From positions 208,198,001 to 208,262,000 of the forward strand of contig NC_058368.1 of assembly GCF_018350175.1 (NCBI RefSeq): DNA of 64,000 bases, read 5' to 3'. Each line of letters starts with the position of its first letter. Position 1 is the stretch's first letter. The translations under genes were made by a program, and so were the position numbers. This document shows positions 47,108 through 60,815 of the stretch, piece by piece. Under the pieces are notes generated by a model. The model ran no database searches. It had not been told where the DNA came from and saw only the letters and a program-made list of their open reading frames with translations. Source of the DNA: Felis catus (lineage: Eukaryota).

Positions 47108-47302
47108 TTTTTTCTTCTTATTTTAGAAAGAGAGAGAGAGCAGGGGAGGGGGCAGGAGAGAGGAGGAGAGAGAGAATCTCTTCTCACAGGCTCCACGCTC
47201 AGTGCAGAGGCCAACTTGGGGCTCAATCCCACAACCCTGGGATCACTACCTGAGTCAAATCAAGAGTCGGACGCTCAATCGCCTGAGCCACCCCGGCGCC
47301 CC
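47108..47302 (-). mobile_element. CAN-SINE
   Basis: Ends gagccaccccggcgcccc; flanked by tttttcagaat repeats. Confidence 0.88.
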
Positions 47303-47779
47303 ATTTTTCAGAATTCGTAAACTGCCCACACTGGGCTTGGCCCAAAGCTCGAAGTCTTTGCTGCACAAATGGTGCACACGTAAGAGGAGATTCATGACGG
47401 ACTAATTATAGGCTCTTAGGCGAGTTGGATCATATTTCCCTTCTCTTTGGGGACAGTGTTCATCTCACCTTTCCCTTAGCAAAGTCCCATCCTGGAGATG
47501 TGCCAGTGAGCCAGCTGCCTGCAGGGTCACAAGTGTGAACAGCGCCGGGGCATGGCCGACGGCTCAGAGGAAGCAGTCCCGCGTCTCTGGTTCTTGCCCA
47601 GACACTCGGACCATGCTGAGGGCACCCCCTGGCCCGGAACAGCCTTAGAACAGCACTGTAAGACTTGCAGGGATCATTTCTACTGTTCCTTACTGATTGT
47701 GTGAGTGTCCCTTTGTGGACATCGCCTCTGTCAGGATCCGTAACACCGCCCCCCAATGAATACCAGACCGAATGAAAGA

Positions 47780-48817
47780 GTTCTAGCCTTCTCATCTCTT
47801 TTATTCAAGTTCCCTACAGACATCCCCCCTCGCCTGAAACAAAAATGACAGTGACCAACCTCAGTAACACAAGTAAGTGCCTTTTAATCTGCTTATCCTG
47901 GAAGCTTCATATTCATCTCCTTGAGCCAACGTTTACCAAAAGAGAATGGTCAGCTCCCCAACGTGCTCACCCCAAGCTACCTATCCCACTCCAAATGATG
48001 CCAAAAGGGCCCAAACAAGTCTCTTTGGGGAGAAAAATTTTTGGAAGTGTGCAAAGAATTCAGGGTTGTCCACGCCAACTGGCAAAAGTATACCGTGCGG
48101 ACAATCTGCAGCTATAAAAATATACACATACAAAAAGACAGCTACAAAATCATGGTGCCCATTTTCTTAGATTTCCATTATAAAAAGTAGGGGTTTTCCA
48201 TTAAAGGTAAACTGGGGGGGGGGCAGCATTATAACTGTGATTCCATGTCTAGTCTCCCCTCATCCTTATTTTCATGGAATAGAGCACACTGAACTAGCCA
48301 CTGAGGAGTGGAAGGGGTTAATCCTAATAATTCTCGGACCAAGGTGAGAAATTCGAGGTTCAAGGTCAAATGGTCATTCTGCTGTCAGTAAGAGTGTCAT
48401 GAGTCAGGGAAGGAGGGAAGTATTTTAATCCTGCCCTTTGGCCCTTTGGGTCTCTATTTTTTTTTTTCTTTCTTTTTTTATGCACTATGAATCACAACAC
48501 AGTCATTGAGCTACAGCAGACAGGCTCTGGAATTTGCATTGATGTGTGATCTCTGGCAGCCCCTACACATTCAATGGAGAAAATTCGATGCTTCTTACAC
48601 AGAGTATTCCGCTGGGTTTGGCCCACAGAGTGTCAGCAGGAAAGGCCACACAGGGACTCCTGTCTTGGGTCTCGTTTCTCATCAGGGCGTACTTTCTCCT
48701 TGATGAGAGGAAACACACCTGGTCCCCGTGCCTCTGCGTATGGCATCGGGCAGGGGCTTGGGGCCCCTGGGATTCTCAGGATAGAAGGCTGTGTCCCTTG
48801 GGCAAGGCCAGCTGGTG
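47780..48817 (-). other. EGFLAM: EGFLAM 3' UTR (end uncertain)
   Basis: Follows the stop; minus-strand AATAAA at 47800-47805 (alternative candidate at 47086-47091). Confidence 0.55.
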
Positions 48818-48972
48818 TTACTTGGCTCCACAAGTGTTGATGTTTTTCCCATCCACGGCGTCTTCCACGAGGGAAATGTGGTAATCGGTGGACAGGGTGA
48901 AATGAGAAATACAGCCCACAAGGCCTCGCATGTATTGCCTGTTAGTGTGCAGAGCAATTTCCTTCATTCCAC
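48818..48972 (-). CDS. EGFLAM: EGFLAM last coding exon (155 nt incl. stop)
   Basis: Minus strand ggcag|GT GGA ATG AAG...[59 protein letters not shown]. Confidence 0.97.
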
Positions 48973-49767
48973 CTGCCAGGAAGCAAGAGGGAGAGGAGGT
49001 GAGCCAAAGGGGAGGATGTCTCTTTAGGACACCTGTCTACTGACCAAGGCGTCCCTTGGCTGACACGATGAGTGAGGGCTATGAGCCCCTTGAACTGCTC
49101 AGTGCACAGCATTTGTCCAATTAATGATTACCGCTGAAGGAACAGGTTGACTGATATCAATCTGACACACACAATCTGCTATTTACACCCTCCTTGCATG
49201 TGATTTCTGACCCAACTGACCACTTACAGCCAAATAGTATCCAATAAAATTTGAAATGTTATATAATGTCAACAAAATGTAACATGTAAATGTGATGTCA
49301 TCTTAAACAGAAAGCAATAAACTGATATTGAATGCTTTCAATCGAGTGCACTTTTAGGAACTATCACATGGATAGAGATGTATTTTCAGGTTTCTGTATC
49401 TGCAGTAGTAGGTTCTAAACTATTTACAGAAACACCACTCATTCTAATTCTGAGAGGGCCAAAGAAAGATCCTCCTTCCTCAGAGGGAACTTTCGGAGCT
49501 ATATTAAGCAGGTTCCTGTTCTATAAACAAGAAAAGCATGGTTTTCCTGGTGGCTCAGCCCAAAAGTACAAAAGCATCTAAGTACTTCCTGCCCCTCAGC
49601 GATGAGTCAGAAGTTCAGAAAATGGAAGAAGAGAATATCTGGCAGGCTTCCCAATTTCTAAGTATCTGATCTAGTGAAGTACACCACTTTGGGGAGCCCC
49701 ACCATGAGAAATGGAAGATTAATGAGAAAACACTGGCATAATTTAGACTTGGTCAAAGGTCACTTAC

Positions 49768-49871
49768 CCACATACAGAGCTCCATTGATGTTGAGCTGCC
49801 TCATCATGCCAGGTGATTTGCCTGTTCTGGCCCCATAGTCATCCACAGTTATCTTTCCAGATTGGCCATCC
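49768..49871 (-). CDS. EGFLAM: EGFLAM penultimate coding exon (104 nt)
   Basis: Minus strand ctacag|G GAT GGC CAA...TAT GTG G|gtaagt; [35 protein letters not shown]. Confidence 0.96.
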
Positions 49872-49899
49872 CTGTAGAAACCGTGATTTTCGGAGCTTC

Positions 49900-50460
49900 A
49901 TTTAATTACCCTCCATTTTAATAAAACTGTATTCAAGTACCTACTCTGTGCCAGGCGCCATGCTAAATGATAGAGGTGCAAAAATGAACAAAAAATTCCT
50001 GGCCTACAGGAGTATATGGTCTACCGAGGCAAACAAAAAATCAAATTGTAAATGACCACATCGTGCCTCCAACTCTGCAGTAGAGGAATGCCAGGATGCT
50101 GTGCAATTACACAGGAGGAGAGAGGGTCAGGGAAAGCTTCAGAGGAGATTCTGAGTTTCGGGGGCTGGGTAGGTCAGGTGAAGGAGGAGGGTAATGCAAG
50201 CAGGAAGTGGCGATGCCAACGGGAGAAAAAACAGGGGACTGGTACAGATTAAGCATAGAGAATTCCGGAAGTGGGAGTAGAGCAGCTAGAAGCAGATGAT
50301 GAAGGGCATCTCTGCTGACGGGAACCAGAGAAGAACGTGTAAGGGGAGAAGTGGTCGTGACATGATGGCAAATGATGTGTTTGAATGCTATTCTAAGCAA
50401 AACGGGAAGCCAATGAAGCAGGTATTGTAGAGGGAGGATTACTCTAGGGGAGGACAAAGA
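49900..50460 (-). mobile_element. LINE-2 3' fragment
   Basis: gtattcaagtacctactctgtgccaggcgccatgctaaatg. Confidence 0.7.
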
Positions 50461-50689
50461 ACAGCTTAGAAGTTTCTAAACGATTTAGAGAGTCACCCAG
50501 AAGGGACTCTGGGCACAGGGGAGTGGAGGTATTCATCTGTGGCAAGGGCTTTAACCATTTTCTAAGCTGAGTTCCAAAACTACCCAGTCCCATGACCTTC
50601 AAAAAACTGCCTCTGTTTGTACAGCTTTTGGAGGGGGTGTACTAACACAGGTTGCACCTTTTTTTTTTTTTAAAGGAGTTCATTATTGA

Positions 50690-51660
50690 TCTTCTAATGT
50701 TCCTTTTTTATAGCAAACTGTTCTTGTTTCTTGGGTTAATAGCCTTTCTTCCCTGACAATTGTAATATGTTTTATCTTTTTTTTTTTCATTCAAGTCTGT
50801 TTCCTTCAAATTGCTTTGCTATGTTAATTTGTTGTGATACCCATCTTTTACACTGGAGACTTTTCTCAAATGCCCAGTGATTTCTGACTGCTACTTCATA
50901 GTCAAGTGAAGAAAAAAAGCACTAAAAAGCAGATTGGAAGCTCTGTGTGCAGGATGGGCTCTGTTGACTGTGTGATGGGCTTCATTGTGCTGTGATCTGG
51001 CTCAATCATTTTCCTGGGGGACACGCAAATTTTCTACTTCCTTTACTGTGGAGTATAGGCATGGCTGCCAGCGCTCTGTAATCTCACTGGAGGAAGAATT
51101 ACAGGGTCCTTAATATTCAATATATGAGCTTGAACACGTCCCCAGCCCAGTATACGGTCCAGTATTTAGTTATGCCTAGTGCCTCTCATTCCAGACCCTT
51201 ATTTCACTCTTCCAAAGAACTGCCTTTCATTATTTTCCCATGGTTAGGCAAAGGGAAGTGTGCCAAATATGGGAAGTAGAAAAGAAGTTTGGGGTCTAAC
51301 TCTTCAAGTAAATTCAAGTACATTTTTTAAAACCGATCTTCCTGCTTTTAGCCCCTCCTTCACCTTCCAGAGGTTCCTGGCTCTACCTCCTTTTTGGGGG
51401 TACACTAATATAAATCTGTCGCCTGGGACTCACATCTTGGTAGCAACTCTTCTAGTAACTAGCTTTAGAGGTAATTCTGTTCTGTCCTCACCCTCGATAC
51501 CACATACTGCCTCCCTGTTTTGGATATGCTTTTTTTGGATCTCACACCTGAATGCCGTGATGGGCAATGCCCACAGTAGTTCGCTTTGGCTGACTTGCTG
51601 CCATTTTCCCCCCTCCATTACTCTAAAAAATTCCATTTTTCCTATTTCATTTCATCAGTT
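50690..51660 (-). mobile_element. HAL1-like remnant
   Basis: gcactaaaaagcagattggaagctctgtgtgcaggatgggc...gttgactg resembles antisense HAL1. Confidence 0.5.
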
Positions 51661-51789
51661 CTAAGAATTTTTCACTTTGTTATATCTCTGAAATGAAGAT
51701 ACTTCTTACAATCACTGGCATCTTAGATTTGAAAAAACATGGTATCGACTTCTAATATAATAAGTAATATACTTCGCTATTCGGTCCAT

Positions 51790-52185
51790 TACTTATTGTC
51801 TACTGCCTCCTGTTAGAACGCAAGACCATCAAGGCAAGGGTGATGGTATTATTCGATGATGTGTCTCATGTGTCTGGAATAGCACTGCAGTAGATGAATG
51901 AACAAGTGAATGTGTGAAGCTTCAACATCCTCGTCTGAAATGGGAGTAACTATGCCTATCCTACGAGGCTACTGATGAGAGATTATACGTGCAAAGCACG
52001 GAGCATGGTACCTGATATGCAATTGCAGTACAAAGAGTAGTAGAGGAAGATGCTGCTATTGTTACCAATACCATCATCGTTCTCATCTGTAAAACGAAGA
52101 TCACAAAACCCAAGTTGCTGTGAATATTGACCAAGATAAAGTATGTAAGGCACGTGGCATCTTGAAGAACCTTAACAAATGAAGA
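51790..52185 (+). mobile_element. L2 tail and MIR fragments
   Basis: gaatgaacaagtgaatg (L2 end); cctcgtctgaaatggg and ctcatctgtaaaacg (MIR core). Confidence 0.6.
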
Positions 52186-53515
52186 TTTGCTTTCTCTTTT
52201 CTGCTAGGATTAATTCCTACAAGACCAGGATTACTCAGAGCAAGACAATGTAGGAAGCAGAGCTCCCCTTGGAGAGCTTCTTCATTAATTCTTCTATTTC
52301 TGACTCTGAAGCCTGCTTCAGAGAATTAAGGTATTCATCCAACCCTTCTAGTTCTAGTTGAAACCCATGGCCTTAACCCAGTTCCTGCTTGGATCTGTTG
52401 TACTACCCCTTCTAGGCCTATCTGCTCCTCTGGGCACAATTTATAACATCTGCTTGAATCCTCCCATCTCTCCAGTTTCTGGTTAGTTCCTTCTGTTCAG
52501 TCCTCACTTCAATCTAAGACCCACAGGCAGAGATATCACTGATTACAATAATAACAGTCAGGTCTACTAAATCATTTTTGTGGTGCCAAGCTCAGTGCTT
52601 TGACATTCAAAGTCCTTCTGTTGGAACATGCCCTGTCTTATCCCTCTAAAACATCTGAAATCCTAGCTGGGGTGGGCTGCCACTCCATGGGGTGGGATGG
52701 AAAGAGCTTTGATCTAAGATTCTAATTTTGGTTCTTCTCACAGAGAGTTGTATAGTCTTGGGAATGTCACTTGACCTCTGTTCCCTGAGATGTCTAGGAA
52801 GTGCCTAGAATCCCCACCAGTGTGTATCTTGATGAGCATAATCAAACCACAACAATTTGGAGGATTTAATAATCATTCCACAATGTCTGACTATTCCACC
52901 AACCTTCTCGATTCAAGGAAATTAACAACAGGTGTTCTCTGATGTTCCCAGGATGGGAATTAAAGGGATCAAATGTGGTATTTCATATTCCTTTGGATGA
53001 TTCTGAGTGAGCCCTTTTACAGATGAGTAAAGAGAGAAATATGAAGAACTTAGAAGCTACATTGTAGTATCTTGAAGTTGAACTACGAGCATTTAAATTT
53101 ATATCCTAGAATATATTTGAGATCAACATTATAAATACTCACTATGGGAAAGACATTTCCTTTTTTCAACCAGTCAGAGCTAGGGCTTCATAAAAATCAC
53201 TGTCTCTTTTCAAGGGCTTTCTGAACCCCCCGGGCAGTTGGCACGGCTCTGCCTCTTTATCCTTACACATCCTTTCAGGCATCAGAGGTAGGCAAAATGG
53301 GCAGGACACTGGGGTCCATCGAGGCTACTCCCACCACAGCCTACATGTGAGCTGAGCCGGAAACTGATCATGGTAGCCCCATGTTTCCCAAGCCTTACTC
53401 ATGACCTCACCCACCAACCTCCTCACGGAGGGCTACGGTAAATGCTCAGGGAACCTGACACAAAGACTCTGTTCAGTTCATCTCCTAGAACCTTCATCTA
53501 ACATGGCAAGAGTGA

Positions 53516-53695
53516 ATTTTTTTTTTGCATTTTTTTAAATTAATTAACTCATTTTTTCATTTACATCCAAGTTAGTCAGCATATAGTGCAACAATGATTT
53601 CAGAAGTAGATTCCTTAATGCCCCTTAGCCATTTAGCCCATCCCTCTTCCCACAACCCTCCAGCAACCCTCTGTTTGTTCTCTATATTTAAGAGT
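53516..53695 (-). mobile_element. 5'-truncated carnivore L1 3' end
   Basis: T-tail + catatagtgcaacaatgatttcagaagtagattcc...ccctctgtttgttctctatatttaagagt; flanked by aagagtg repeats. Confidence 0.8.
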
Positions 53696-54285
53696 AAGAG
53701 TGCCACTTTTTTATAGAGCTAAGTTTAAGCCTGGTGCTATTTGGTTTCTCAGAATATACTGTTAAGAATATGGACACAGGTAGTAAAACTCATTTTAAAG
53801 GAATCATTCACCCAAAGTTAATCAGAAGTCAAGGTAGTGACCTCTGTGAGAGGGGAAATATGTAATTGGGGCAGGTTACACACAGATTCTAAGGCTCTGT
53901 AATGTCAAAAAAAAAAAAAAAAGTAAAAGGAAAAGTAGGCAATTGCCTACACAATGAGAGTTGAAGCATTTCTTAAAGTCCACATGCCCGGAAATCTTAT
54001 CCCACTAGAGATATCTAGCTCTCACTAGATAGCAAGGCCCCCTTCCACTTTAGCCATCAAAGAGTTCTTTCTCCAGAAGGTCACTGTCGAGTGAAGATTT
54101 GGGAGTTCAGCCTCCCTAGTCTGCCAGTGTTTGGGAAAAGTAAGGTGGAAGTCAGTAACAAAATGCCCCGAAAGACCCAGGTCAGAAGTAGTAGGATGCC
54201 AGGCAAGGTTGGGGAACAGGACACTGGGGCTAAAGGGACTGGGATAGCACATCGACCTCTGTCTCACCTTTTGGTAGGTACTCAC

Positions 54286-54369
54286 CTAACAGCCTTGACT
54301 CGGTGCCACCGACCATCATTGAAGGAGCCATTAACCATGATGGATGCCACACCACTGCCCAGGTTATAG
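54286..54369 (-). CDS. EGFLAM: EGFLAM 3rd-from-last coding exon (84 nt)
   Basis: Minus strand gtcag|C TAT AAC CTG...GTT AG|gtgagt; [29 protein letters not shown]. Confidence 0.96.
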
Positions 54370-54559
54370 CTGACAGCGTGGGGGAAGAACAAGACAGACA
54401 GAATGAAGTACTATACTACAGGCAGCCAAGCGTGCACAAACGATTCTCATCGCGAACATTCTTTGGGACTCAGAATGCAGTTTTCTTAACACGAAACAAA
54501 ACAATGTTATAAAAAGCGTTAGGTTTCTAGGCTAGGCCATGAATGATTAAAAAAAAAAA

Positions 54560-54885
54560 AGTTTTCTTTAAATCTTAGTTGTAGTAAAATACACATAACA
54601 TAAAACTTACCATTTTAACCGTTTTTAAGGGTAGAGTTTAGCAGTGTTAAGTATGTTCACATTGTTGTGCAAGCAATGACCAAAGCTCTTTTTATCTTGC
54701 AAAACTGCAACTCTGAGCCCCATAAGCTACAACACGCGATCCACCCTTTCCCCAGACCCTGGCAAACACCACTCTACTTTCTGTGTCTGTGACTTTGACT
54801 ATTCTTGGTCCGTCATATAAGTAGAATCATACAGTGGTTATCACTTTGTGAATGGCTTATTTCACTTAGCATAACGTCCTCAAGG
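54560..54885 (-). mobile_element. L1MB-type 3' end
   Basis: gtagtaaaatacacataacataaaacttaccattttaacc...ggcttatttcacttagcataacgtcctcaagg. Confidence 0.8.
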
Positions 54886-54963
54886 TGTTTGTTTGTTTGG
54901 GCCCCATGTACAGAAGCGTCATACCATAGTATCGGGAACAAGAAGGGTTTTATCATTTGTTAT

Positions 54964-55420
54964 GTGTGCTACTAGGTTAAATGATGTCTCCTGAAAACTA
55001 AGGTTCACCCAGAACCTCAGAATGTGACCCTACTTGGACATAGGGTCTTTGCAGATGTAATCTAAGTTTATGATGAAGTCATACTGGAATAGGGCAGCTC
55101 TAAATCCAATATGTCCTTATAAAAAGGGAATTTTTGGACAAAGAGACAGAGACATGCATAGGAAAATGCCACACGAATATGGAGGCAGAGACTGAAATGA
55201 TGCATCTATAAACCAAGAAACACCAAGAATTGCCAGCAACCACTGCTACGTGGGAGAAAGGAATAGAACATTCTCCCTCAGAGGCTCTAGAAGGAACCGA
55301 CCCTACCAACACCTGTGTGTTGGACTTCTATCTTCCAGAATGGAGAGAGAATTAATTTCTATTGTTTTACGTCACCCAATTTGTGATAACAGTCATGGCA
55401 GCTCTCAGAAACTAATACAC
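54964..55420 (+). mobile_element. MLT1B/C-like MaLR solo LTR
   Basis: gaacctcagaatgtgaccctacttggacatagggtctttgcagatgtaatc ... gaaactaatacac. Confidence 0.85.
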
Positions 55421-55606
55421 ATGTTTTCGCCTTTTGAAAAACAAAACAAAACAGAACGCTGCGGAGTAGTCTGAGCCCCAAAGAGATCAGGGGAACTTAC
55501 CTGAAAATCCCCAAACTAACATATAGGACTTAACTTGGTATCTTATCTGCTCCTCCCTCCCCATTTTATTCTGACATCAGGTCTACTCAGTAGCTTTGTA
55601 TTTTCT

Positions 55607-55834
55607 TTTTTTTTTTTTAATTTTTTTTTCAATGTTTATTTATTTTTGCGACAGAGAGAGAGACAGAGCATGAACGGGGGAGGGGCAGAGAGAGAGGGAG
55701 ACACAGAATCGGAAACAGGCTCCAGGCTCCGAGCCATCAGCCCAGAGCCTGACGCGGGGCTCGAACTCACGGACCGCGAGATCGTGACCTGGCTGAAGTC
55801 GGACGCTTAACCAACTGTGCCACCCAGGCGCCCC
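55607..55834 (-). mobile_element. Young SINEC_Fc-like element in an EGFLAM intron
   Basis: Perfect TSD agtagctttgtattttct (55589-55606 / 55835-55852). Confidence 0.95.
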
Positions 55835-56569
55835 AGTAGCTTTGTATTTTCTAGTGCAGTTTCCAGATACCCTCCTACCCCGGGGTATCAGAAGACGTGC
55901 ACATGTTGTTTACGAGAGAGAAATATCCCTCTTAGTCCAGTGTTCATTCAATAATTCTAATTTAATTCGATTCAACAAATATTTGGTGAGTGACTACTCC
56001 AGGCTGGGCACTGCGCCAACTGCATAGACCTCCCCTTGATAATGTAATAAAGCCTATGTAATCATGCTCTTCGAAGAAAATGTGTTCCACCAGGACACCT
56101 TCATCTTAGAAGAGGACATATCTCTCCATTACTTCACTGGCCAAGAATTAGGAACGTTGAAAGGAAACCTGGATTAGTTACTGAGCTCCTGCATGCACTC
56201 GCTCTGAGAAGAGAGCAAGAACAGAAAGCACTTGGCTTTCCCAGGGAGAGCACTATCGGTCCTTCCTGTAATAACAGCGGATCAGCAGAGTCACACAGCC
56301 CATAGACACTGAACCAGGCACAGAACCTGGGCGACTTGACGAACCAGGAGACACAGCTGTCACTCTGATCCTGAAGTTTACTGCTTTCTAATGAATTTTC
56401 CCACATCCTGTGTCCCCTTGTATGAAGCAGCCTGCAGGTGGAATTGTCAGATTTCATTATTTAGTGGCCAAATACTTTTTGAAGAAATGAACGAATACGA
56501 AGCAGGGCCAAGAGCTGCTTGGCAGCAACTGAGCTGAATTACTAGTGTGGCTTTTAGGAAAGGTAGCAA

Positions 56570-56770
56570 AGGGTAACAGAAAGAGCATCAGCTCTTGGAT
56601 CGGACTAGCCGGCCTTGATTCCCAGCGTCGCCAATGACTAGCTCTGGGATGTTGGCCATTTGCCTGATCTCTCTAAGCCTGTTTCCTCATCTGTGAAATG
56701 GGAGTAATATCTTCCCTGAAGGACTGCAGGGAATATTATATACAAAGAGCACAGCACACAGTAAGATCCA
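56570..56770 (+). mobile_element. MIR
   Basis: ctctctaagcctgtttcctcatctgtgaaatggg core. Confidence 0.7.
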
Positions 56771-57421
56771 AATAACCCCATTACCCCAAATATATGCGGT
56801 CTTTAATGCAGCTCATATTCAGGGTTGACAATACATCTGCAGGAACCAGTAATAAGGAGAAAGTTGCCACCAAGAGTTAAACTCATCAGGCCTCTCCTGG
56901 AAGAGTAGTCATGTGTGACAGTAAACCCACAGTCTGTCAATATGTAACTAAAAAGGCCAGGAACACCAAGTTTCTGAATCAGGGTGACTTGGGTAAAATC
57001 TCAGGGACGCTAGACTGGAACGAGACTGTGATCCAGTGAGTGGAAACCTTTCAGTTGATAAGGCTCCTGTTCATGCAAAGAGCCCGAAAGTGCTCAAGGG
57101 AGTCAACACTGAACCTGGCAGACAGGAATCCAGTCCTCATTGTGGGGTGGAGGTTGGAGGGGCCGCTCGGTTGGCATCTCCACGACCTGACTCTCCAGTA
57201 CCCACCACCACTCTATCTCACCCTCCAAATAACCTCTTGCCTCTCCAGACACCCTGTCACTCTGGAATATCTGCTTTTTGCAATGATAAGAGACCAAGAA
57301 CAGTGGTTACCTGTATTGGGAGAGGGCATGAGGGAGCTTCCCTGGGTGAGGGAAATGTTCTCTATCTTGTTCTGGGGGTGGTTACACAGGCATCTACATG
57401 TTTAAAAATTTACCAAAATCA

Positions 57422-57622
57422 GGGGCACCTGGGTGGTTCACCCGGTTTTAAGCGTCAGACTTCAGCTCAGGTCATGATCTCCCAGCAGTTCTTGGGTTTG
57501 AGCCCCACGTCGGGCTTTGTGCTGACAGCTCGGAGCTTGGAGCCTGCTTCGGATTCTGTGTCTCCGTCTCTCTCTGCCCCTCCCCCACCTCCTCTCTCAA
57601 AAATAAATACACATTAAAAAAA
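57422..57622 (+). mobile_element. CAN-SINE inserted in an old L1 3' fragment (~57290-57695)
   Basis: ggggcacctgggtgg ... aaaataaatacacattaaaaaaa; flanked by taccaaa repeats. Confidence 0.88.
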
Positions 57623-59570
57623 ATTTTTTTAAATGTACCAAATTCATCAAGCTGTATACCTAACATTTGTGTACTTTATGTAAATTATACCTCAGGTGTT
57701 TTTTTTTTTTTTTTAAAGGTGGAAATATAGAATGAATGAACAAATGAATGTGTGTCTGGCTTCTCTATCAATGCCTTGTTAATCTGGTTAGCATGAATTG
57801 CTTATTTTAGTCCAAATTTACCTACTTAACTTGCTGTGCACGAGAAGCTATGGGGCTGAGCACCAAGGTGGGGGCTGGCTCGACGAGCCACCAGGTGAGG
57901 CCTTTTGGAAACCACTCGGCTGCCTCCATGTGGTGACACCCCTGCTTAGTCACGTTCCCTTCGAACTGTAGCACAGGGCACTTTGCTAATGGCACATCTC
58001 TTCCTTTTTCTCTCTTGCCTGAAAATGTTATCAAGGTCACACGGAAACAGTGGGAAAGACGGTCAATCAAGCGATTGTCACAAACCTGTTCACTGGGTTT
58101 TATGCCCCATATCCAACCATAAAGCGTAATGAAACAAAAGAGCCAGTATCCACACACTTGGATTCCCTTTCTTCTACTTAATCTTGCACACAGAAACACA
58201 GAAAACATTTGCTCAAAGATCACAATTTTAATAACCATTACCACTAACTGCTAGATATGCCAGGCCCTGCATTCTGTGAATTAACTCCTTCAAGGCTCAC
58301 AGCTGTTTCCTTTCACAGAGGTCAGGTGACCTGCGAGAGGTCACACGGCCATGGGAATGGTGCAAACCTGACTCAGAAGCCCACGCTTTTGATCATTTCA
58401 GATGCTGTTTCTTAGGGCGTGGTTCCTGATGGCACCCACTAGGACCTGGTCCAGCAGAATCTCTGGGGGTGGTCCCAGGAGTCGACCTCGGAGAGGAGCT
58501 CCCTGCTGACTCTGTACATTGACATTTTCAACCCACTGGCCTGAACTCTAATTCCTCTCTCTGCTCAGCCTCCCGCAGCCGAGCTTCCTACGCAGTAGGT
58601 GCTGGGTGAATGGATGTGGGAAGGAACTGCCCAGAGGAAGGAAAAGCAGCAGAGGCAACAAGGCTGTGGTCCCAGGCCCAGGGGCGGGCGCAGATGTGTG
58701 CCTTGGTGGGGGTGAGGTGGGCGATCCCTTACACAGAACACAGCTAGAACTCCAAGGCTTAAGTGAAAAACACTGGGCCCGTTTTCAGAATCCCGAGGAA
58801 GAACTGGTATCCTAACAAAAATGGCTGGGATGCCGTGGAGTTGTCAGAAGGGTCTCTGGGGGTGTGGGAAGCGGGGGTGGCCGGCTGTGGGAGCCAGAGG
58901 GAGAGCTGTGCCGGGAGGGCCCTGGGCCGAGCTCCCATGACTGGGCTGAGTGGATGGGTTTTAGCTGGCGGTTTAGGGGGAAGTGGGGCCTCCCACCCAC
59001 GGCCCAGCTACTGTTTCAGTTCCCTTTTCTGGGCACAATCAAGCACTTGAGGCCTTGGTGAGGTTAACCACAGGAAAACCACAAGAAAATGGCTTCGCGG
59101 CAGCCAGCCTGAAAGTGGGGTGTGAAGAGCTCTGCCTTTGACCTCGGGGCCAAGCGGGGGATGGGGGACCAGCCGGTGAGAACTGCTCCCACCGGCCAGC
59201 CTCTAGCTTCCAACCACACGCGCTCTCACTAGAACCCGGCAATCACAGGACTGCATGGCTTAGCGTGCTCTGCTGTCTGGGGGCAAGCGTGATGTTGGGC
59301 AAGTGACATTTCCTCTCAAGATGCCTTTTGTTCAAACTGAAAAAGACTTAACGGTTATTCTACTCTGGCTGTCAGTAATCCCAGTGCATGATCCACAGAA
59401 GCCTCAGAATTAAATCTTCCCCTTCTCCACAGGTCAGTCATCTTTGTTTTAATTCCAACTGATGCCCTATCATGTAGTGAATTTCTGCTAGTCACCAGAG
59501 GAGGAATTAAAAAAGGGAAAGCCAGATAAATTCCTACCCCCGTGGAGCAGACAGACGATCTAGAGACACG

Positions 59571-59746
59571 CAGGGGTTTCAAACATTAGCAGACACAGAG
59601 TCACTTGGGGAAACCGTTAAAACAGAATGCTGGGCACCCCCCTAGAGTTTTTCTGGTTCAGTAAGTCGGGGGCGGGGCTGAGAATCTGCATTTCTAACAA
59701 GTTCCCAGGTGACACGGATGCTGCTGGTCCAGAGACCACGCTTGGG
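59571..59746. mobile_element. MER5A-like hAT-Charlie element
   Basis: gagaatctgcatttctaacaagttcccaggtgacacggatgctgctggtccagagaccac. Confidence 0.85.
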
Positions 59747-59890
59747 GGAGAGGGGCAGAGGGAGAGAGAGAATCTTAAGCAGGTTCCATGCTTAGCAAAG
59801 AGCCTGACACGGGGCTTGATCCCCAACCCCGGGATCACGACCTGAGCTGAAATCAAGAGTCGAACACTCAACACACGGAGCCACCCAGGT
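59745..59890 (-). mobile_element. CAN-SINE fragment
   Basis: ggggcagagggagagagagaatcttaagcagg...gagccacccaggtg. Confidence 0.8.
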
Positions 59891-60426
59891 GAACCTGGAC
59901 AAGTTATTTCTAAGCTCAAGTGAGGATGTAGCATCAAAATCTCTACAGAAGCTTTTTCATATCACACAAGCCAGTGCCTGCTTGGAGAAACCCAGCTCCC
60001 ACCCAGTGTGGCGGGGAGCAGTGGTCTAGGAAACCCTTTTGCCACTTCACAACCATCCATTTGACAAGTTTGAGAATAGTCTAAAGTCACTCAAAAGAGG
60101 TAAGAACTTCTGGGACCGCCTTATCAGTATCACCCAAGAAGCATTTACAGAAAGCCGAATGTTGGGTCGACCTACTGACGTATGAATCTGTGCTTTGCTC
60201 TTCTTTGCCGTGGGAGATTGGAAAGCAGGCATTCTCCTTCCAAAGGCTGCACAGCTAATAGGGAACAGAGTCATAATTTACATCCAGGTCTCGCGACCTT
60301 CGATGGCTGCATCCGTCTGAGCTAGCTTCAGCTGAAGAGTCATATCCATGCTTGGCGCTATCAAAGTCCTCTCCCTACGACTTCCTAATTTCCAAGTGGG
60401 GAGCATATGGCTGCAACATACTAGAA

Positions 60427-60638
60427 CAGGGGTCAAAAAACTTTCCGTGAAGGGCCAGATAATAAATATTTTAGGCTTTGCGATACAGTCCCCACTGAAA
60501 CTACTCAAGTGTGCCAGTGAAGCACGAAAGCAGATAATATATAAATGAACGAGTCTGGCAGAATTCCAACAAAACTTCATTTACAAAATTGGGTGGGGGG
60601 CTACATTTGGTCCTCAGGCTATAATCTGCCGACTACTG
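60427..60638. mobile_element. MER58A-like hAT-Charlie element
   Basis: caggggtcaaaaaactttccgtgaagggccagataataaatattttaggctttgcg ... tgccgactactg. Confidence 0.85.
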
Positions 60639-60815
60639 CTCTAGAAGCTGGATGAAACATCGGAACACCAGGAGCGTCAAATAAGCCTGGCGCTTCAGGC
60701 AACGGTCAATTCCAGCAAAATGTGTGCTGGCTTACTTCGGCATGGCTCTGTTTGGCATGATCAGCACTGAGAAAAGTCGCAAGGTGATGCTGCAGACAGC
60801 TGGTGAGGGGGTTAC

